DNA of 64,000 nucleotides from Marsupella aquatica (Eukaryota; Plantae; Marchantiophyta): NCBI GenBank assembly GCA_973895155.1, contig OZ316897.1, positions 4,000,211 to 4,064,210 of the forward strand, read 5' to 3'. Shown piece by piece: positions 55,515 to 64,000 of this stretch (position 1 is its first letter; each line of letters starts with the position of its first letter). The notes under the pieces were generated by a model. It saw only the letters and a program-made list of their open reading frames with translations, ran no database searches and was not told where the DNA came from. The position numbers and the translations under genes were made by a program.

Positions 55515-56516
55515 ACCCTGAGTTAAATCTACATCAAGATAATGCTCCCCCACTTTCCCGGGGCGCCGTACACTGCCCGTCCCAATCCCCGATGCTGCTG
55601 CCCGCTCTGGCCCAAGTTTGGCAGAACATAAACCAATACTCTAAGATTTAACGCATGCGCTCCGGCCCGATCGACTTTGCACCATCGACTGCGGGTTTAT
55701 GTTTTGGCACATTTGCTCGCTCCAGCCCGAACGACTTAAGTTTGTGTCATCGACTTCTTCCTTGTGGAGTCGTGGTTTATGTTCTGGCAACTCTTCTTTC
55801 CAACAGAGTTATATCTTCTTTGTAAGAGAGTCTAAGTGTTCAAGGCAAGCCTAGTACTTTGGTTAAGAGTCATGATTTATAGAGTCTTGGTTTATGTTGT
55901 GCCAAATACTTATCCTCTATGGACTTGTGATTAATGTTTTGACAACACTTCTTTCCAAGGGAGTGATGTTTGTTTAGTAAGACAGTCTAAGCATTTAGGC
56001 ACAACCTAGTATTTTGGTTAAGAGTCATGATTCTAGAGTCTTGGTTGATGTTTTTCCAAATGCTTCTTCTTGATTGAGTCATGGTTTATGTTCTGGCAAC
56101 ACTTCTTTCCGATGGAGTCATACCTATTTTGTAATAGAATCTAAGTGTTCAAGGGGAGCCTAATACTTTGGTTGAGAGTCATGATTGTTAGACTCTTGGT
56201 TTATGTTATGCCAAGTACTTATTCTCTATGGAGTTGTGGTTTATGTCTTGGCAACACTTATTTCCAAAAAGTTGGTGACACAAAGTAGACCGGGCTGGAG
56301 CGGCCGACAAAAAGTGATGGGTGCCAAAACATAAACCCGAAGTCGATGGCGCAAAGTCAATCGGACCGGAACGCATGCGTTAAATCGTAGAGTATTGGTT
56401 CATGTTCTGCCAAACTTGGACCAGAGCGGGCAGCAGCATCGGGGATTGGGACGGGCAGTGTACGGCGCCCCGGGAAAATGGGGGAGTATTAACTTGATGT
56501 AAATTTAACTCAGGGT
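55515..56516. mobile_element. Non-autonomous Mutator-like (MULE) element, ~1 kb
   Basis: ~215-bp TIRs (accctgagttaaat... / ...atttaactcagggt); 9-bp TSD GTTCGCCAC at 55506-55514 and 56517-56525; interior is ~3 copies of a ~154-bp unit; no transposase. Confidence 0.88.
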
Positions 56517-59500
56517 GTTCGCCACCATGGCGGAAAAGAAAAACATTTAAAATAAGGCTTGGCAGAGGAGTACGATAGTGCTCCAATTCCTTCATTCGCT
56601 CATATGATTGTGGCCCAGTACATAGGCACGAAGAACAAGCTCCATAGACTAGGGGCCGCTTTCGATCGAGCACTAAAACAGTAAAACTCTGAAACTCTGA
56701 AAGGGCAGTAAGTTGTACCGCCCACATGGTGGTCATTATTCCATCCGATCATGTCACCTCACCAGCTGATTACTCACCTGAAGCTTCACACTCTCGTCAC
56801 GAGCTATTCACCTGAAATTCCACACTTCCAGGTAAGGTGTCGCCGTCTGAATGTGGTGTGGGGCATGCTTTGGGTGAGGTCCCCACTGCCCACCTCCGTC
56901 ACCCGGCCTGCGCTCATCGATCCCTCCTCGTGAGCACAATCATGACTGTCATCCGATTTCCCGTAGGCCTTGCAGGGTACAGCAGTACCCATCTTCGACG
57001 CCGTTGGAACTTATCTAGTGTCAGATGCGGCGTTCTGTCATCCAGTAGGACCAGTACTACTGTGTCATATTATTTGCTGCAGAGTTGGGTTCAAAGTTGA
57101 AGACGGAGCGTCCGGTAATTCATTCCTGCGCAGCTCGTGTGTACCGCACCGGCAGTACCTTAGTGGTATTTAAATTTTTGTATCGATAATAGCGCATCCA
57201 AATGTGACAATATACGATATATTTATTATTATTATATAATGTCGCTCCATAATAATTCTACGGTAATTATTTGTTCGATGTGTTATTCATTCTTAACTAC
57301 TGTAGACATTGGACTCTTAAGTGAAAATGATGCTCCCATGTACCATGTTGGTCTTTTGAAACCCACAGAATACATTTTCCAACTTTTGAAATCGATGGAA
57401 TGTATTTTCAAAATTTGAGTTAATTTATAATATCTTGATGTTCATGAATTCAAATTTTTTTTTGAATATATGCTAGAGTAGGGTAAAGACGTCCATTCAA
57501 AGTAACATTGACGTAACTCACTAATAGAGTAAAGAAACTCATTAATAGAAATTGGGTATAAATAGTAACGCGTCTTTACTGTCCGAGTGCATTCATCGGC
57601 AATGGAACAAATGCTTTCACAAAATCCTCAGACTCTGTCATGTATTATATTGGATCAGAGAACATGCGGGGAAAATTTGAGACTCTAAAGTTGTCCAATA
57701 AATACACAAGTTTATCAAGACCAGCATTTTAAAGTTTATCAAGACCAGCATTTTACAGTGGACCGGGTCGCCCTGGAAAACTATTTGAGGCTTCCATCCT
57801 CAAAAGTGAAGTGTCCTTCCAAAAAAAGCCGGTCAGTGTGAACTCCGGTGTAAAGTGAGCCACAGCCCATGGGGATGGGCAAAAACAAACTCCCCAGACT
57901 TCATTTTCAGCTTGAGTCATTAATTTCTTTGTCAACTTCATGGAACTTGGTTCTTTCGGGCTTACTTTTCAAAGTTATGTGTCACAAGAAACTGAACTAA
58001 TATCTAAAGTTCATAAGTAGGAGCTTTTCTCAGACTCCCGGTTTGCCTTCCTCACGTGTTCCCTCACCATCAATGTTGCCACCACTCAGGAGTCAGGGTG
58101 CAAAGGTTTTACTTCAAGAATAGAGCGTAGCTAATTCTGCTGCAGGTATGGTTTTGATATTAATAATAAGGTTTTGACTATATGTTCCTACAATTATAAC
58201 TTTTGGGCCCATTTTATGGCCCTCATCACAATACTAACTAAAGTTCAGCCAGCTATTAAGACTTTATGCCTTAGTAACAAAACAGTGAGGGAAAAACCTA
58301 GACATATAGTCATGTAAATTTGAATAATTTTTGATATTTTGAAAGAATGTGTACCATGTTGTGTTTAAACTCTAAAACATATAACAAACTTGTATCTGGA
58401 TGGACAACTTTTGTGAAAGGCTAGAGCTCATGGATCACAAGAACTAGCGGAATCACGAGTGGCCTGGAGCTTTTGGGATTCATACCTGGGCAAGCAAAGA
58501 GCACAGGCTCATATTGGGAGTCCAATGGAATCAAGAGTGGCTTGCTTGCATTTGTAAGTTGTAGTGTTTGGGACCCGAGGTGGGCCCAGCGTCTGAGAAA
58601 AAGCAATGCATCTAGGGGTGAGCCTATTTCCAAAAGGCAGGGTGCACAGCTAATGGAAAATGGGGAAAGCAAGCCCGGTAGAGCTGCTCCAAACAAGCAA
58701 TAGGCGCCAACCTTTTGTTTCAATTCATGATAAGACCGGGGAGAATACTGGCAAAGTTGGGTTGGTTCTATTTGCTAATCAATGCGCAACGACTGTTAGC
58801 TGAACTTGAGACAACAATCTGACAAATGACCCTAAACTCCTTGGCTATCAGCCTTGGTGGAATTAGTGCAGCCTTGTATAAGAGTTGTTGGAGACGGTGA
58901 AGGGGATCATTGGAATTAGCTTGTCCAATCTTCCATGGTAGTGCCAAGGTTGAGCTGTGTCCAGGGAGGGGAGATCAAGCTTGACGAGGGTGCTCCATGG
59001 GAGGTCCACTACCATAAATCATTGTTCTTGATTTTCAATGCATGTCACATCTGTCCATGTTTATTTTTGCCACCATTTTTGCCTTCCATACATCCATCCA
59101 TGTCAGAAACATTCTATTTAAAAATAGCTCTCGAGGATAGGTGGTAATGTGTCATACCCACTGTGCGGATGGTGTCAAGTAGGGCCTGGGCTGGGTTGGA
59201 GGGGTACCAAACCTAGTCTCTTCCACCAGTGACTGATAGTGCACTCATCTCTGGTTGTAGTGATTTTTTACATGTTTTCTCCAATATTTCTCTTTGTAAA
59301 ACTCACAAATATTCCTGGTGAGGATTTGGCAAGTTTCGCCAATTAGAAAACCCTTGCAACCATTATCGCAGTGGCCCAATTGGTCAGGGGTGGAACTACG
59401 GGAGGGACAGCAATATAGAATTGCAAAGTGCCACTGGCCAACGGCAAGTGGATTCCCGAGTGGATTGGAACGAGAAGAGTGGATTCTGTACCAAAGGCAA

Positions 59501-62500
59501 GTGGATTTGAACTAGAAGTGAAGCCTCTAGACATCAAAGTAGGGCCCACCAAATTTATGTACATGGAAAGAAGAATGACACAGTGTGTATCTAAAAAATA
59601 TTAAACATGCATGATAATTTTTGTCATCATGTCTATTCATATTTAAAGAATTTGCATTCTGGTAGTCCCAGTTGGTCGCCAAGCACTTTAAAGTCCTTTC
59701 ACCAGGCACTGTTCCTGGAAAAGTCACTCAGGCGGACAATGCCCTTTTAAGTGTGTGCCTTGCTAGCATTTTAAGAAAGGATACCAATTAAGACGTGCTC
59801 TCCATTAAGATGTTGGCGAGGGTAATCACATCTTAAACCACCACTGAGCCCCCATGGACATAAACATTTGACCAAATGCGGGGACGGCAACCTAGATGGA
59901 CTTGCAAAAAATCCTTTTTTTAGTCAGATAGAACTTTCCCTTTGTAAAATGATTCGTACAATTTTGTGAAGATTGACCCGATCAATATGAAGCCGGGATT
60001 CGGGGATCATGGGAGTGGTCCATTTGAGGTACCCTTGCCAATATCTTAATTGAGAGCACACCAAATCGACAGCACAGTCATCTAGAACAGCCTTTTTTAG
60101 TGGCGAGAATTCTCTCTCCCTAGATATCACCGGTCTGAACAGTTGGCTCCTTTTGACAAAACCTTGCTATACTTGTTGTATTCCATTAGTCAGTCTCCAT
60201 CTAGTGGGCGATCCTATTAACAAGAATCTAACGATTAGCCTTAAATCAAGGGAGGTATAATTGTCAGATATTAGAATAGGAGAATTAAAGAAGCAATGTT
60301 TTTAGCATCTTCTCCTTGTGTCAAGATGATATTCGCCACCGCGGGGAAAAACCTTTAAAAATAAATTGGGAGTGGTCCAGTCTCCACTGGGTACCCTTGC
60401 CAAATATACCTGCAGTACCCCTGAACGGCCTCGTGAATGCTTGTGCCAGCCGCCTTAGAGGCTGTCTATTTATCATGTGCTCTGATAAGGGGACAGTTGC
60501 ACTTCTGTCCACGACCCAAGTATGCGAGCGCCAATACCACCAGGCACGTGATTGTCCCATGGCCTACAATGTGCCCTCGCAAGGGATCTTGCCATGTGTT
60601 TACTTTGGACATTATCGTCATATTTTTGTTCAACACTTGCCAACTTGGTTGGTTTCCGTGCACTTTCTTGCTAATAAGGTCCATCAGGCTCCTCTTTGTC
60701 TTCCCCAACAGCGTAATTTTTAAGGATTGGCCAATGGCTAATGTCATCTCCCTAGACCTAGGTTTAATGACGATCATTGATTCTGGCTATTGGCTAATAG
60801 GGTTGTTGCAAGGTGAATAATTGTTAATGGAAGACAGAAAACCTAGCCAAAAGTGGCCAAAACGTTTTAGAGAGGTGAAGTGTAGCCTATTGTCGCCACT
60901 AAAAAGCAAGCGGTTCACTAACTCTCCCTCAGAGATTATATGCCATTCCGGATTTGTGGTGTCTTTCCTGTTGGTTTTTGGGAAGGCATCCTGAAGATAA
61001 GATAAGTATTTAACTGTAGTTATGATTTAAAACATTCTGACACATTTAGCAAGACGGGACATCATAAAAATACTATTGTAGAAGAAATGTTTATTGTCAC
61101 CTCAAGAGGAAACGATCAACTAACTTTCACTGTTCTGAAGAAGGCCCAGGGTAGGTTGGGCTTGGGTACGGACTTATCATTGTGGAAACCAGTGGTAATC
61201 GGCTGCAAATGGTCAGAAGTCCATTTGTAAGTCATATTTAAGTCAAACTACAAAGAGTGCTATCCGATCATTTTTCCATGTTCAGATTCAATCCTTCCCA
61301 ACTTTGGGAAACCCATGCAGGTTTCATGGCAAACCTGTCCATTTGAGCTTATTATTTGCACAAGCTACACAATATATATTGCACATGGGCACAAGCTACT
61401 AAAACATGGACATCTAATTAATGAAGGTAATCAAAAGCTACAGTAGTCCCTGGGCTGATTGTGTAAAGTGAAGCCTTTCGACCATGATTCTAAGTGAGGG
61501 CATAACTAAGAAACCTCTACAGTAGTTACTCTAACTGCGGGCATATTGAGGGTGTTCACAAAAACCAACTACCGGATCAAAGATATCGATAAACAAAAAA
61601 CAACCAGTTTTTTTGGTCGGTTGTTTTTCTGCTCATCTCAAATTATGTTCAAGGAAGTTCTGGGAACGCTTAATAAGGCTAGTTAAATGGAACATAGAGT
61701 AATAGACAGACAATAAACCGAGAAGGAAAACAGAGGTGGGAAGAGACAAATCAATTATAAAAGGAGAGGTGGGTCCGCAGTCAAGACATTGTCATTGTCC
61801 CCTCTACAAGAGCATTCATGCAGGAGGTGAACAGTACCGCATGTAACGCTCTCCATATGACATGCGCATGGACTGCAGGTAGGCCCCATATGTTCCCGTG
61901 GTCCTCTCCAGTACAAATGTACTTTAATACTGAGCGTACGATATGAACGACCCTCGACGTCTCGGTCGTGGTCAATTGACTCACTGTGGTAAAGGTACAC
62001 TACCCACATGCTCACTGCTTACTCACTGTGGTATAGGTGCACAGACCACATGCGCGCCGCTACTGTAGTCGAAAAGCACCTGCTGTAGGTGTTAGCTAGG
62101 GGCACCCAGCCACCCACCCCCTTTGCAGGACGGCACCAAAACAGAAAAGCCAGTAATAGGAATTATCGTTGTTTTTAAGTTTGGTTGTCCCCTTTCAGCC
62201 GGGAATACCGCTTTGCGTGGAGGAGAAGATGCTAGGCACATCCTTAATCTAGTTTTACTAAATTACTTTCTGATTGTCAAATATCTCTAGATCTAGAGAA
62301 AATGGCCAAATTTTGGCTATTGGGGCCTATCATTAGGTGAGAAAAACTGGCCAAAGGAACGCAAAGACCATCACAAATTTGTAGGAAGAATAAGAAATGT
62401 TGCTCCCATGGACATAGCCCCTGAACCACGCAGCTTCATGGACCATGAGACTCTCACTCATGGACAGCTCTTTCTTGTCATATATTTTCAACAGTAAGGT

Positions 62501-64000
62501 TAGATTTTCAATATTTCCCTCAATATCGAACCTAATCTGCTCTTGTTGGGTATGTTAGAGGCAGCTTGGAAAGATCTTGCCAATTTCAAATCAATGTAAT
62601 GTGTATTATATGAGCAGAGAAGAGTATTTTGCTCCAGTCCATCTAGGTAAAGTCTATCTTAGCATTTTGGCAAACATCTCCTCCATCCTGGGTTCAATTT
62701 CAGGAAACCAATGCCTTTTCTGAAAGCCCTGATCATGCCACTAATTACAACCAGAAGGGGGTCCCTTACGGTATGCTTTTCTGGAAAGATTCTTTATTGA
62801 CCAGTGAAATCAAAGAGTCGACCTAGCATTTACTCCATGTGGTAAGAGCTCGTCGTTGTGATTTCCACTCATCCCCTTGCCACCTGCTGATTCTGTGCTT
62901 TTCCAAGGGGACGACACAGACACGAAGGAAGTGCACCATGCCACGACAACGGAAGTGTACCATGCCAAGTGCACCATGCCAAGGTAGTATTTACAGACTG
63001 AAACAATTGCTAATTCTAAGGTGATGATTTTTTCTTTGGAATTAGTTCACGTGATGATGGAGCAAATAGATTCTTCTCAGTTAGTCTTTGGGTCCTAGAT
63101 TCCTCTCAATTTATGTGGGCCACTAGATTCCCCTCGGATTACTAGGGGTCCTACTGTTCAACATCTCTTGCTTAATAGACCAACAAAACCTACGGGACCA
63201 ATTCCATCAAGAACAAATTGGTCAACCAAATGGTCAACTATAGCCCTCTCCCAACACCATAGTGGAGGCCAACTATACTTATTGGCACGGTGAAAGGACC
63301 CAAGGACCCGAGCTAAATAACAGACCAATAAGAGTACCAACATAGACCAGTTCATTAGTTTATTTTCATTAGGTGAGAAACATATAATAAAAAGATAATA
63401 ACCATACAAAAAAAAGCAAGAATAAGTTTTGGATTGAAGAAATTTCTGACATGGAAGCAAGAAGTAAGTGAAAAAGTTAGTCAAAAGTATTTAACCAACA
63501 CTCCCAGGTGACCATAAAATGAATTCAATGGCCTTGTATGACAGTGCAAACTTTATTTATTTGCCTGATATTTTTATTGCCATTCAATCCGTATGCTTTA
63601 TTATCCTTACAGTGTGTCATCACAACAAATTTACCTCATGGGTCCTACAAAACTTCTCACAGGTCTCTCACATAAATTTCATTACAACTAGACCTCCTAC
63701 ATAGGTTCCATCTGTATGGGTGTTATGTGATGTCTAATTGCATGGTCCACTCTGCATTTTCCACTGCACTCCACCGTAGATTGGGTCATAGTCCACCCCA
63801 TTTATGTCTATGCCTCATACGATTATAGGGTTCTAGGGGATCCTTTGCTACATGATAACTAGTTTTTTATAACATTAGAGTTCAATACTTGCAGTTTTGC
63901 ACAATTTTTCTGTCATAGGGGGGGGGTGTTTCTGCAGTTTTTCTAGATTTCATTTTGGTTGGAGGGTTTAAGGGGATCTCAATTTATTGCCTGTTGCAAT

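Noticed and set aside
56770-57170. First exon of a minus-strand gene (MGTAVPCK..., donor-like sites)
   Set aside because: No recognisable protein and no consistent downstream exons.
58400-61000. Decayed transposase/LINE and a possible inverted pair (ttttagtggcga at ~60095 and ~60893)
   Set aside because: No diagnostic motifs; the inverted match is short and has no TSD.

Overview
Eukaryotic land-plant genomic DNA, probably a non-seed plant such as a bryophyte or lycophyte (inference). The left third holds a 15-exon ALG1 beta-1,4-mannosyltransferase gene (6400-12828, +), a LINE RT relic, several local tandem repeats, a Copia solo LTR, a ~60-bp satellite array and a single-coding-exon, plastid-targeted-looking ORF (18275-18991). 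Positions 21071-50717 are a four-element nest. An old Copia (A) carries a very young Copia of another family (B) in its gag and a minus-strand Ty3/gypsy-type element (D) in its 3' LTR; D in turn carries a second family-A Copia (C). D is the highlight. Its polyprotein reads gag(2xCCHC)-protease-C5 DNA methyltransferase-RT-RNaseH-integrase-PHD finger. The catalytic core of the methyltransferase is precisely inverted in place (44812-45390). D has a 4-bp TSD and TGTC...GACA ends but no visible LTR direct repeats. All three Copia copies have gag and pol separated by the same in-frame TGA, which suggests programmed readthrough. The right end contains a non-autonomous Mutator-like element (long TIRs, 9-bp TSD) and otherwise unassignable, probably decayed sequence. 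All alignments and mismatch counts were done by eye.
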